Below, one piece after another: positions 9,480 to 19,115 of a DNA stretch of 64,000 nt. The DNA comes from Nanobdellota archaeon. GTDB taxonomy: Archaea; Nanobdellota; Nanobdellia; Woesearchaeales; SKGA01. Where the stretch lies: NCBI GenBank assembly GCA_051819805.1, contig JBNJHD010000001.1, positions 8,962 through 72,961 on the forward strand. Direction: 5' to 3'. The position numbers were made by a program, and so were the translations under genes. Within the stretch, counting starts at the first letter, position 1. The number at the start of each line of letters is the position of its first letter. Below the pieces are notes generated by a model. That model did not search any database and was not told the DNA's origin. It worked only from the letters and a program-made list of their open reading frames with translations.

Positions 9480-9552
9480 TGCGAGTCTTAAGTATGAAGT
9501 AGTAAGATTTATATTGTCTTCATTATGTTTTTTCCAGATTAAGGTGATATTT

Positions 9553-10107
9553 ATGAGAAAAATACTTTTATTGTTGTCCATCTTCAGTCTTCTGATCCTT
9601 AGTGGTTGTGTTGTCTCTGAAGAAAAATATACTTCTTTAGAGAATGATTTTCAATCTCTAGAACAAGAAAACTCTGTTCTTAAGGAACAAACTTCTTCTC
9701 TTAAGACAGAATTGTTGTCAACTGAAGAAGAACTTTCTTCAACAAAAAATGAATTGAATGTCACAAAAACTAACTTGGCTATTTCACACGATTATATCGA
9801 ACTTTACCAATATCTTGTGACTGCTTCATACATCGAAGGTTCTTTGGATCATCAATATTGGCAGATATATAATGATCCTGATGGTATTTACCCCTCTATT
9901 TTCAAAGATGAATACAATGAGTACAAATCTCATGTTTCAACAACAGAAGATAAGATTGATCGTCTGATTGAAAAAATGGATGCTGAATCTGTTTCTGAGA
10001 AAGGATTACCAAGGGATCTTAATTCAATTTCTGATTTAGAAGATCTAAAAGCAGGTTTTGACCTTAATAAGGATACTTACAAAGATGAAGTTGATGATTT
10101 CAACTGA
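9553..10107 (+). CDS. Lipoprotein-like secreted coiled-coil protein
   Basis: MRKILLLLSIFSLLILSGCVV signal/lipobox-like segment followed by heptad-rich sequence. No recognisable enzymatic motif. Confidence 0.4.
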   Translation: MRKILLLLSIFSLLILSGCVVSEEKYTSLENDFQSLEQENSVLKEQTSSLKTELLSTEEELSSTKNELNVTKTNLAISHDYIELYQYLVTASYIEGSLDHQYWQIYNDPDGIYPSIFKDEYNEYKSHVSTTEDKIDRLIEKMDAESVSEKGLPRDLNSISDLEDLKAGFDLNKDTYKDEVDDFN

Positions 10108-10158
10108 TTAGAGTTCGTTATTTCTTTTTTTTTATTGTTATGTATGTTCTACTTTTAT

Positions 10159-10917
10159 TCATTTTTTAGTGAACCATGGTATTAAGAGACTGGTTTTTCT
10201 CTTATACTCTTGATATCGTTTTCGAGATCCCCATTTCTTATCAGCATACTGTTCAAGCTGTGGAACTCCTGTAACAAACAATAATAATATCGTAATATAT
10301 AAGGGACTGATAAGACCAATGCTCTGTTGGATGATAGTCAAGGAAGGGAGTGATGCCATATATACTCCGACCCAACAAAGGATTTCTCCAAAATAATTAG
10401 GGTGGCGAGAATATTTCCACAAACCTGTAGAAATGAACAATCCGTTATTATGTGCTGAATTCTTGAACACGAATTTCTGATAATCAGCAATACTCTCTAT
10501 GAGAATGCCTATGATCCATATAATGACTCCTGGCCAAAATATGTTTTTCTCAGAAGAGAATATGAACATCAAAGCTGGAAGAAGAATAATCCAGACACTC
10601 GCTCCTTGAAGTATCCAGAACTTGAGAAAACCAGTGAATGATTCTCTCATATCATCAAATCGCTTATCTTTTTTCATCTTGTTGATACGAATGAAAAGAA
10701 ACATTCCTAACCTCAATGACCAGAGAAGGATCATAAATCCAATAACTACGTTCGGAAATGAAAACCTTTCACTACTAAGCGCAATGATGCTAAGAAGAAT
10801 AAATGACAGGGCATAACTTAAATCTGTCAACTTATCCGTCTTAAAGAAAAATGCGGGTAAGAACATCAATATATTCAAACCAACACTTGCTAAAAATAAA
10901 ATGAGTAAAGAGTTCAT
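10159..10917 (-). CDS. Polytopic membrane protein of the ICMT/PEMT/DUF1295 (steroid 5-alpha-reductase-like) methyltransferase superfamily
   Basis: Multiple TM segments; C-terminal RHPNYFGE...W motif characteristic of isoprenylcysteine carboxyl methyltransferase-like enzymes. Confidence 0.5.
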   Translation of the reverse strand: MNSLLILFLASVGLNILMFLPAFFFKTDKLTDLSYALSFILLSIIALSSERFSFPNVVIGFMILLWSLRLGMFLFIRINKMKKDKRFDDMRESFTGFLKFWILQGASVWIILLPALMFIFSSEKNIFWPGVIIWIIGILIESIADYQKFVFKNSAHNNGLFISTGLWKYSRHPNYFGEILCWVGVYMASLPSLTIIQQSIGLISPLYITILLLFVTGVPQLEQYADKKWGSRKRYQEYKRKTSLLIPWFTKK

Positions 10918-10983
10918 ACTACTTCATTGGTTTGCTCTCTTAAATATTTTGTGAACTTAGTTTATTCTCACAAACTCTATATT

Positions 10984-11424
10984 TCACTTCAGACTCTTCT
11001 CAAGCCAGATGGCAGAGTGAGAACCCCACTCGTTGATCTTGAAACCGACAATATCAAAACCCAACTTCAAGGTTAGACGAAGCATGTTCTTCCACCTATT
11101 GGATGTTTTCAAGAAAAATACCTCGTACTCTGATTTTTTAGCGTAATCCATCTGTTCCTCAATGATCTGCTGACCCAAACCCTGCTTGCGATAATCAGGA
11201 AGAACACCAAGCATCCAGAAATAGAACTTACCCTTCTCTTCATACCCTATACCATAACCGGCTAATTTCTCATCAACTCTTGCCAGGGTGATATGAGGAT
11301 TCTTGAACAAGGATAACTTCCGCTTGATCTGCTCGGGAGTCTTCGCCTTATCAAAAATGACTTTGTCGAGTTTAACAGTATCTTTCAAATCATCAAATGT
11401 CCCTGTCGAGATTACAGTTGCCAT
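10984..11424 (-). CDS. GNAT family N-acetyltransferase
   Basis: Motif A region ...RKQGLGQQIIEE... (R/Q-x-x-G-x-G/A) in a 146-aa protein. Confidence 0.7.
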   Translation of the reverse strand: MATVISTGTFDDLKDTVKLDKVIFDKAKTPEQIKRKLSLFKNPHITLARVDEKLAGYGIGYEEKGKFYFWMLGVLPDYRKQGLGQQIIEEQMDYAKKSEYEVFFLKTSNRWKNMLRLTLKLGFDIVGFKINEWGSHSAIWLEKSLK

Positions 11425-11478
11425 GGTAACTTGCTTTTTTTGGTTCTATATTTTAATAAACCTGTCGGTAAGGTCAAG

Positions 11479-11856
11479 ATGTCTTTTGATACCAAAGATT
11501 TTTATGTGACAAGTCTCCTTATGATGGACAAGATGCCTCGAGGACGACCAACATACAGTTTAGTGAGAGAACGATTGAAGCAACTGCTCTATCTGCTCGG
11601 GCCACTCACAGCCTATGACGCGCACAAGCATTACACCAAGCTATTCGCAAAGACCTCGCGGCGAAACGTCTATTACCAACTATCGAAAGGAGAAGAGATG
11701 GGACTCTTCAAGATAGACCGAGTCGAAGAGGAACAGGGCGACTATTCATGGGGATCGATATCGAGAAAAGTCTATTACAAGCTTGCAGGGAAAACGCCAG
11801 TAAATATTGAAGACCGCGTTCGAAATTATGCACAGAAAGAAAAAGCAAACGAATGA
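11479..11856 (+). CDS. Small putative winged-helix DNA-binding protein (PadR-like pattern)
   Basis: AYDAHKHYTKLFAKTSRRNVYYQLSKGEEMGLFKI resembles the PadR wHTH recognition helix/wing (GYDI.K....TS...VY..L..LE..G). Weak. Confidence 0.3.
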   Translation: MSFDTKDFYVTSLLMMDKMPRGRPTYSLVRERLKQLLYLLGPLTAYDAHKHYTKLFAKTSRRNVYYQLSKGEEMGLFKIDRVEEEQGDYSWGSISRKVYYKLAGKTPVNIEDRVRNYAQKEKANE

Positions 11857-11866
11857 GTGTGAAACG

Positions 11867-13045
11867 ATGAAACTGAAACGGATGCAACAATTAGCGATCA
11901 GGAACAAACGAGTATTCCTGAGAGTGGATTTCAATCTGCCACTTGACAGCAAGCAGAACATCACCAGCGATTACAGGATCAGAAACGAACTTAAGACGAT
12001 AGAATACATCCTGAAACGGCAACCAAAACAGCTCATCATCGCAACACATCTCGGACGACCGCATGGCAAGCCTGATTCGAAACTATCGCTCAAACCAGTG
12101 GCAAAACGACTGGAACACTATCTCAAGCGACCAGTACACCTGCACGAAGAACTCACGAAACGAGTGCCGGAAAACAAGAACATCGTACTCCTTGAAAACC
12201 TGAGATTCGATCCAGGGGAGAAGAAAGGACTCCTCAGTTTCGCACGAAAACTGGCTGTGAATGCAGATGTTTATATCAACGACGCCTTCGGAACAGCACA
12301 CCGAAAGGACGCGTCAGTCTACAAGCTGCCGCAACTGCTGCCGCACGGAGCAGGATATCTCATCGAACACGAGATCGAAGAAGTGCATCTCAATCATAAG
12401 CGACCGCTCATAGCGCTCTTTGGAGCTGCAAAAATAGCTGACAAGTTGCCGCTGTTCACGAAACTGCTACGGCAAGTCGACAAGCTCATGCTCGGCGGCG
12501 GAGTCGTGTTCACATTCCTCAAAGCAGGAGGGCTTGAAGTCGGACGATCACTCGTTGAAGAAGAGATGGTGGAAACAGCACGAAAGCTCATGGACAAGTA
12601 CGGTAATAAGATTGTCTTTCCGGTTGATGTGATGGTCACTGGCAAGAGTAACCTCAAACGGTTCAATACCATGACGGTGCCTGAGAGAAAAAAACTCATA
12701 GAGACAGTTCCAGTCGAGAAGATACCGAAACAACGAGCTGCATTCGATGTGGGGCCGAAGACGATCAAGCTCTTCACGAACGTCATACTCGAATCAAAAA
12801 CAGTCATCTGGAACGGACCACTGGGACTCTTCGAGATCAAGCCGTTTGACACGAGCACGAGAAAACTGGCAAAAGTGCTCGCAGAACACGATGTGACGAC
12901 AATAGTGTGTGGTGGCGACACGGCAGCAGCACTCAGGCAGACTCCGTACAAGCAGAAGATGGATCATATCTCAACAGGTGGCGGGGCGAGTCTGGAACTC
13001 CTTGCGGGCAACAAGCTGCCAGCTCTGGAAGTGCTCAAGAAGTGA
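11867..13045 (+). CDS. pgk: Phosphoglycerate kinase
   Basis: RVFLRVDFNLPLD N-terminal signature. Length ~390 aa from the internal Met start (MKLKRMQQ...); C-terminal GGGASLELLAG motif. Confidence 0.85.
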   Translation: MKLKRMQQLAIRNKRVFLRVDFNLPLDSKQNITSDYRIRNELKTIEYILKRQPKQLIIATHLGRPHGKPDSKLSLKPVAKRLEHYLKRPVHLHEELTKRVPENKNIVLLENLRFDPGEKKGLLSFARKLAVNADVYINDAFGTAHRKDASVYKLPQLLPHGAGYLIEHEIEEVHLNHKRPLIALFGAAKIADKLPLFTKLLRQVDKLMLGGGVVFTFLKAGGLEVGRSLVEEEMVETARKLMDKYGNKIVFPVDVMVTGKSNLKRFNTMTVPERKKLIETVPVEKIPKQRAAFDVGPKTIKLFTNVILESKTVIWNGPLGLFEIKPFDTSTRKLAKVLAEHDVTTIVCGGDTAAALRQTPYKQKMDHISTGGGASLELLAGNKLPALEVLKK

Positions 13046-13047
13046 AT

Positions 13048-13533
13048 TTATCGTTTTTCTCTCCGGAGTCGGTTACCGATGTCGGTGATGTTACGGAACA
13101 TGTGCTGGCCACCGCTTTTCATGGGCTTGGCAAGTCCTACTACTTCTTCGTTAGTGTCAAGAACAAGAACTAAACCTTTCGGAGTCTTGATGCTTTTCTC
13201 TTCAACAATATTTTTCGAGAAAACATCACGACCGCACACGAACAGCCACGCGGCTTTCTCGTTGAGAACGATCTTCTTATCAGTCAAAGGAGTTAACCGT
13301 TGGAGGAGCGTAGCACCGGCATGGAATACGCCGTCTTTTACATGACCGAGATACAAACCCTGACTCGATGGTTCTTCACGAGCAGTAGAGACCAACTCCC
13401 TGATGGGTTTTGGGACAAGATAATACTCTCCTTGAGAACTCACGATATCGTTTTCAGAGAATAATTCCTTGTCAGTAAATCGTTTGATGAAATCAGCTAG
13501 TATATCAGTCATATCACTATGGATTTGAACCAA
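13048..13533 (-). CDS. PUA-domain protein (NIP7-like ribosome biogenesis factor)
   Basis: C-terminal ...KGLVLVLDTNEEVVGLAKPMKSGGQHMFRNITDIGNRLRRE is PUA-like. Size and layout resemble archaeal NIP7/UPF0113 homologs. Confidence 0.4.
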   Translation of the reverse strand: MVQIHSDMTDILADFIKRFTDKELFSENDIVSSQGEYYLVPKPIRELVSTAREEPSSQGLYLGHVKDGVFHAGATLLQRLTPLTDKKIVLNEKAAWLFVCGRDVFSKNIVEEKSIKTPKGLVLVLDTNEEVVGLAKPMKSGGQHMFRNITDIGNRLRREKR

Positions 13534-13568
13534 GTTTTTTATACTTTTAGGTATTTCTAAGGATAATA

Positions 13569-13901
13569 ATGGTCAAAAAACCTGTAAAGAAACGCTATTC
13601 AGCAATAAAAGATCGTCAGAATAAAATTGCAAAAAACCACGTCAGAGAACTGTATAATGAACAGAGAAAGCAACTCTACAGCGATAAGAAACTTGCTCAG
13701 CGCTATTCGGACCTAATAAGACGTATAAGTATGAAATTCAGACTGAAACTCCCTCGAGAAGTCAAACATTCCTATTGCAAGCATTGTAAGACTGTTTTTA
13801 TTCCAGGAGAGAATTGTAGAATTCGTCTTCAAGGAAAAAAGGTTGTTTACTATTGTTTCGAGTGTAAGAACTATACACGACTCCCTTATTGGAAACGATA
13901 A
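13569..13901 (+). CDS. rnp4: RNase P protein component 4 (Rpp21/Rpr2 family)
   Basis: Basic N-terminal helices followed by zinc ribbon CKHCKTVFIPGENCRIRLQGKKVVYYCFECKNY (CxxC...CxxC) typical of Rpr2/Rpp21. Confidence 0.6.
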   Translation: MVKKPVKKRYSAIKDRQNKIAKNHVRELYNEQRKQLYSDKKLAQRYSDLIRRISMKFRLKLPREVKHSYCKHCKTVFIPGENCRIRLQGKKVVYYCFECKNYTRLPYWKR

Positions 13902-14319
13902 GGTTAAACAGCTCCTCATAATATGATCTTCTTTTTTTCTCATTCAATAAAGAAACGAATCAAAATATAGCGTTTCAAACACATAGTTATGAACATATAT
14001 GATGCGTTAGATTTATATGTGCTGACATCTACCTCGTAGGTCCTTCAGCATATATACTAATTCACTATAAAGTAATAACAATTCGAAACATTTAAATAGT
14101 ATTTATTACTGAATAATAGTATAATGGAGCGAATCCGTATAGATCTTGGGAAAGGCGTGGTGCTCTCGGCACCGATCAAGCCGAAGATGACGGTGAGGAA
14201 TGGAAGAAGATGACTGACTACATCAACCAACTACTGGAAAAAAATGTTACTGATGAAAATGCATTCGTCATGATAGGACGTTCCGAATAATACAAAAAAA
14301 TCACACGGGTGAGGTCAAG

Positions 14320-14619
14320 ATGGATTACTACGAAGAAGAACAAATGGAAGATACTTATGATCCAGACCTTTACGAAGAGTTTGGAGAAGGGTTTGAAGAT
14401 GATTTCGATGCGGTAAGCGAACAATCCTATGAGGACGCGTTCGATCGTGCAAAAGCAGAGGAAGAAGGTCTGAAACAAAATGTAGAGGCAACCTCGGGCG
14501 AAGATTACGAGTATGATGCAATCGTCGGTGGAAGGGATAAGAAACCGGTCATGAGCATCCTTAACAAAGGAAAATTATCCAAATACGAAATGGACGACCT
14601 GCTTAACACGGTTGAGTAA
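14320..14619 (+). CDS. Small highly acidic protein (D/E/Y-rich), unknown function
   Basis: 99 aa with extreme acidic composition (DYYEEEQMEDTYDPDLYEEFGEGFEDDFD...). Coding status inferred from length and codon usage only. Confidence 0.35.
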   Translation: MDYYEEEQMEDTYDPDLYEEFGEGFEDDFDAVSEQSYEDAFDRAKAEEEGLKQNVEATSGEDYEYDAIVGGRDKKPVMSILNKGKLSKYEMDDLLNTVE

Positions 14620-14790
14620 GGTCGCTTCTCTTTTTTTCTGTATAGGACTATTCTCTAAGTAGTTGTTGCTGTATTGATATTCATGAAAGTATGTCGAAGA
14701 GACAAGTTAATTAGAAAATTGACTTGATCCTTGATTGCGACGATTCTTCAAAACAAGTATTTAAATATCTCTAAATCAATTAAACTATAT

Positions 14791-15588
14791 ATGAAGATTG
14801 ATTTCACTAAATTATTCGCAACTATATGCTTTGTTGGTGTTCTGGTAGTGAATTATTTAGCGAATGCTCTTCCGATCAATAATACAACAACAGGAGACAT
14901 ATCTAACTCCTATCCTAATCTGTTCGCGCCTGCAAGCATAACTTTTTCAATCTGGGGAGTGATATATTTATTATTAGGATTGTATGTCTTGTATCAATTC
15001 TCTGTTTTCGGCGATGTCAAGAAGAATTCCTTGCTTAAGAGAGTAAATGCTTATTTCATCATCACATCCGTAGCTAACATGCTTTGGATATTCGCATGGC
15101 ATTTTGATTACATAGGTATATCAATCATTTTCATGTTACTATTATTATTTTCTTTGATTAAGATTTCAATTATATTATTCAATAAATCAAAACATCTAAC
15201 TTCAAAAGAATACTTCTTCATAAAGTTACCCTTCAGCGTTTATTTCGGATGGATAACTATTGCAACGATAGCGAACATCACGACCTTTCTTGTAAAAATC
15301 AATTGGAATGGATTCGGTTTGACAAACCAGTTATGGACGGTGATAGTATTAATTGCAGGATTACTGATAGGTGCGATAACCGGTTTCAGTAAGCAAGATA
15401 TAGCATACATAGCAGTTCTCATCTGGGCTTATGCAGGGATACTATTAAAACACATAACAGAATTCAACAGTGAATATACAGGTGTACTACTGGTTACACT
15501 TTTGTCTATTGCAATATATATTGTATTAATAGGACTTGTTCTAAAAAAAAACATCCGAGAAAGCACAACATCAACCCCTGAAAAATAA
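14791..15588 (+). CDS. Polytopic membrane protein, TspO/MBR-like (tryptophan-rich sensory protein family) candidate
   Basis: 5-6 TM segments with W-rich loops (SIWGVIYLLLGLYVLY, NMLWIFAWHFDY, YFGWITIATIAN) resembling TspO signatures. Confidence 0.4.
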   Translation: MKIDFTKLFATICFVGVLVVNYLANALPINNTTTGDISNSYPNLFAPASITFSIWGVIYLLLGLYVLYQFSVFGDVKKNSLLKRVNAYFIITSVANMLWIFAWHFDYIGISIIFMLLLLFSLIKISIILFNKSKHLTSKEYFFIKLPFSVYFGWITIATIANITTFLVKINWNGFGLTNQLWTVIVLIAGLLIGAITGFSKQDIAYIAVLIWAYAGILLKHITEFNSEYTGVLLVTLLSIAIYIVLIGLVLKKNIRESTTSTPEK

Positions 15589-15657
15589 AACAATCATGGA
15601 GGAAAGGGGTCACATCAGATATTTATTTAAAACAACACACATTCTATTTCTTCCATC

Positions 15658-16260
15658 ATGGCAGAAGAACTCTCCAGAGGAGCGGAAGCGATCATAACTC
15701 GAGACGGTGAGTATGTGTTCAAAGCACGCACAGCGAAATCATACCGGCTCAAGGAGCTAGATGATAGTCTGCGAAAAAGCAGGACGAAACGGGAGAAGAA
15801 AGCCATCCTCAAAGCGAAAGAGCTTGGTATCAGCGTACCGGATCTCTACGACCATGATGATAAGACAACGATAAAAATGAGTTATCTCAAGGGTCAACGC
15901 CTACGGGATGAACTCCTCGAAAACCCTCAGAACAAGCACCATCTCAAGACAGTAGGGAAGTTTCTGGCAACGCTTCACGAGAACGATATCATACACGGTG
16001 ATCTCACGACATCAAATGTCATACACACGCCAACTGACGAACTCGTGCTCATCGATTTCGGTCTCTCGTTCTTCTCGACAAAAATTGAAGATAAGGCGGT
16101 GGATCTTCACCTACTCAAGCAAGCGCTGGAAAGCACACATTACAAGCATACTGATGACTTCTATGACGAGTTTATGAGTGGTTACAGACAGTATGTCAAC
16201 TTCGAGCAAGTGCTGGAACGATTAAAAGATGTAGAAGCCAGAGGGCGTAACAAGCATTGA
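15658..16260 (+). CDS. bud32: KEOPS complex kinase Bud32 (RIO-like atypical kinase)
   Basis: GAEAIITRDGEYVFKAR...KELGISVPDLYDHD...IIHGDLTTSNVIHTPTDELVLIDFGLSF (catalytic HGDL..N and DFG motifs) at ~200 aa. Confidence 0.75.
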   Translation: MAEELSRGAEAIITRDGEYVFKARTAKSYRLKELDDSLRKSRTKREKKAILKAKELGISVPDLYDHDDKTTIKMSYLKGQRLRDELLENPQNKHHLKTVGKFLATLHENDIIHGDLTTSNVIHTPTDELVLIDFGLSFFSTKIEDKAVDLHLLKQALESTHYKHTDDFYDEFMSGYRQYVNFEQVLERLKDVEARGRNKH

Positions 16261-16306
16261 GCTCGCTTCCCGTAGTTTTTTATATGATGAGGAATTCTAC
16301 TGTCAA

Positions 16307-18265
16307 ATGATAACTATGGTCTCTTCACGAAAAACAGTATTATTGCTATTCTCGCTACTCTTTGTCATGACACTCCTCACGACAACGAGCGTTTCAGCAG
16401 TCCACACTGCTGATACGCAGGAAATAACGTTGTTGTCAGTCAAGCGACTGTCTAACGGCACATATCAGGGTGGAACGGCAACGTTGACACTTGATGTGAG
16501 AGAAGGAAGTGGCGCTGTTTATATACAATCATTTCCTACATCGCAAGTTGATACTCAGACCGCAACAAGGATTGCGAACGAAGTGGCATGTGATTTATCG
16601 ACTGCAGATTGCCATAATTATGATTTCTTCTACACGATAGAGGCAGGAACCTCGCTCATCGGAGGACCGAGCGCTGGAGCTGCGACAGCTCTTCTCACGA
16701 TGTCAGCGCTTGAAGATATACTGCTTGATGATGATATGGCGATAACTGGAGCGATCACATCAGGAGGTATCGTCACGCCTGTTGCAGGAATCAAGGAGAA
16801 AGTCAAAGCCGCAGATGAAGCAGGTTTGGATACAGTCTACATCCCAAAGCTTTCGATTATGCAACCCTCCACTCTCAATCTTTCACGATTACCATACAAT
16901 CAGACCTTACCGAATGCGACGGTAAATGAGACAATTCCTCTGGTAAACGATACAGTAGCTAATGTCACTGACGGGACTGCACCTGAAGAAGATATTCTTG
17001 AAGAGCTCGAAGAATTCGATATAGATGTCGTGGCTATACTCTCGATCGAAGAAGCGATGATACATGCTTCAGATGGAAAATATACGATGTCTTCTTCAAA
17101 GGAAGTCATAGCGCCAAAAGAATATGTCGACCGGATGAAAACGACAGCGGATAAGCTCTGCAAACGATCACAACAACTCTTGAGTGATGTCCCTGAACAC
17201 AAGAAAAATACTTTGCTCTATAATTACTCGCTGGATTTCTACGCGGACTCGCAACAAGCGGCGACTGATAACGAATATTATTCACGAGCATCATTCTGTT
17301 ACACGACAAACCTCCGTCTCAGGGAGTTGCTTTTGCAGAATGTCACTCAACCGGTATTGAACGAAAACTATAATCGTCTCCTCAAGGCTCATGAACTATT
17401 CGAACAACAAATTGATGATCGGAAGCTAGAGACTTTTTCTGATTTGGAGACGTATGTTATCGTCAAGGAGCGATTGCTTGAAAGCAAGAACTATCTTGAT
17501 CAGATCAACCAATCGAATATATCCTCAACACTTCTCGCCTACTCCATAGAACGATATTACAGCAGCGTTTCATGGAGCGGTTTTTTCGGCATGTCTGGAG
17601 AGAAACTCCAGCTTGATGAACGATCGATACATGTTGCGGCTGTTCGTGAACTGCACAATGTCGAAACAAGACTCAATTACTTGAGAACATTCATACCGGA
17701 AATCCTTCTGCGTGATGTATCTTCAGAAGTTGAACAAGTTTATGATTATATGGAAGAGAAAGAATATGCACTGGCGCTGTTCAAAGCATCAAAAGCGAAA
17801 GCGCAAGCTGATCTTTTCATGTCATCAATCAGTCTCAAGGAAGGATTGGAGAGTGAAATCCACGAAGCGAAAGTCAATAGGACGCAACAATTGATCCATG
17901 AGCAACAGGATAAAGGGTTTTTTCCAATACTCGGTTACAGCTACATGGAATATTCTAAACGACTGGTTGAAGATGATCCTGTCTCAGCACTGCTATTCAG
18001 CGAATATGCCTTGCAGCTCAGCGATCTCGCCAGATACTTTCCTCATGACAAGGTAAGTCTGCGATGGGAGATCACTGAAGAACATATAGTGAGTTTCATT
18101 AGTGGATTTGCTACAGCCCTCATCATTGTGATGGTCATAGGATTTGCAACTGCACGAAAACGAACTTCACAACGGCAAAAGAGACGTAATCCTAAAAAGA
18201 TAAGATCAAAACGCTCTCAGAACGGAAAAGCACGTCCTGTGAAGAAAACTTCTTCTAAGCGATAA
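16307..18265 (+). CDS. Membrane-anchored Lon-like S16 peptidase-domain protein lacking an AAA+ module
   Basis: Signal/TM N-terminus and S16 proteolytic domain (IGGPSAGAATALLTMSAL...GIKEKVKAADEAGLDTVYIP with Ser-Lys dyad). Long helical region, C-terminal TM and basic tail. No Walker motifs. Confidence 0.6.
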   Translation: MITMVSSRKTVLLLFSLLFVMTLLTTTSVSAVHTADTQEITLLSVKRLSNGTYQGGTATLTLDVREGSGAVYIQSFPTSQVDTQTATRIANEVACDLSTADCHNYDFFYTIEAGTSLIGGPSAGAATALLTMSALEDILLDDDMAITGAITSGGIVTPVAGIKEKVKAADEAGLDTVYIPKLSIMQPSTLNLSRLPYNQTLPNATVNETIPLVNDTVANVTDGTAPEEDILEELEEFDIDVVAILSIEEAMIHASDGKYTMSSSKEVIAPKEYVDRMKTTADKLCKRSQQLLSDVPEHKKNTLLYNYSLDFYADSQQAATDNEYYSRASFCYTTNLRLRELLLQNVTQPVLNENYNRLLKAHELFEQQIDDRKLETFSDLETYVIVKERLLESKNYLDQINQSNISSTLLAYSIERYYSSVSWSGFFGMSGEKLQLDERSIHVAAVRELHNVETRLNYLRTFIPEILLRDVSSEVEQVYDYMEEKEYALALFKASKAKAQADLFMSSISLKEGLESEIHEAKVNRTQQLIHEQQDKGFFPILGYSYMEYSKRLVEDDPVSALLFSEYALQLSDLARYFPHDKVSLRWEITEEHIVSFISGFATALIIVMVIGFATARKRTSQRQKRRNPKKIRSKRSQNGKARPVKKTSSKR

Positions 18266-18526
18266 GTTACTTTTTTCAAAATTAATTGCAAGAATCAAGT
18301 CTTAAAAAAACCCTGAGAAGACCACGCTAAAAGCGCGGTCCTCCCGGGAAAAAGAGGTGAGTGCTTATGATTAGTAAACACTTCAATGGGAATTTGACTT
18401 CCCACTACTCTAAAGAAGTGACGAACTACTATATAAATATTTCTTTACTGTAATCATTATATAGTGGTTGCTTTTTAAGGTGTGTTCTCCGATACGAATA
18501 AAAACAACTGTTCATTCGCCACCCAC

Positions 18527-19045
18527 ATGCCTCAAAAGATGTATCGTTCAGATGTCACAGAGCAGGACTATACTGCCGAAGAATTCCTGAGGATGGCGCA
18601 GAAGAGACTCAGAAAGCAACTCAGGCAGACAAAAGAGTTAGATGTCAGGAAACGGTATGCTATCATCAAAGAACACTCTGGTGATGCACTGCTTCTCCTA
18701 GACCTTCTCAAAAAGATCTTTGACGGGAGACTGGATGTTGATGTAGCGGACTCAGAAGACGTGAATCGTATCCCTCTGCTCGCTAGGCCGCTCGAGACGC
18801 ACGCCAAAAGAGGATTGGATTATTTCATCAAGCATAAGGACTTGAATGAGTTAGAAGATGCAAGAGCCAATCCGTTGCGTCACTTCACGATACACGAATG
18901 CAAGCAACTGGCAAGCCTCCTTGGTATTGAAGGTGAGATGTCAGAATCCACGAATGAGATGTTTGAAGCGATGCACGAGGACTATCCGCAGACGAAATCG
19001 AGCCTACTCAAGAGCATTGACGAGATCAAACGGCAGCTTGAGTGA
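18527..19045 (+). CDS. Hypothetical cytoplasmic protein
   Basis: ORF with coding-like composition and no recognisable motif. Start ambiguous (GTG 18482 or ATG 18527). Confidence 0.3.
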   Translation: MPQKMYRSDVTEQDYTAEEFLRMAQKRLRKQLRQTKELDVRKRYAIIKEHSGDALLLLDLLKKIFDGRLDVDVADSEDVNRIPLLARPLETHAKRGLDYFIKHKDLNELEDARANPLRHFTIHECKQLASLLGIEGEMSESTNEMFEAMHEDYPQTKSSLLKSIDEIKRQLE

Positions 19046-19115
19046 ACGTGTCCGGAATACTTCCGGAAAAATCTCACGAGAGTTTTTAATGAACACACTA
19101 TGTTAAGCTTATTCT

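Noticed and set aside
14040-14320. Possible 29-aa micro-ORF (MERIRIDLGKGVVLSAPIKPKMTVRNGRR) and AT-rich promoter-like sequence upstream of the acidic protein gene
   Set aside because: Too short and unsupported. The region more likely contains promoter or UTR elements (several TTTAAATA-like TATA candidates), but none could be assigned confidently.
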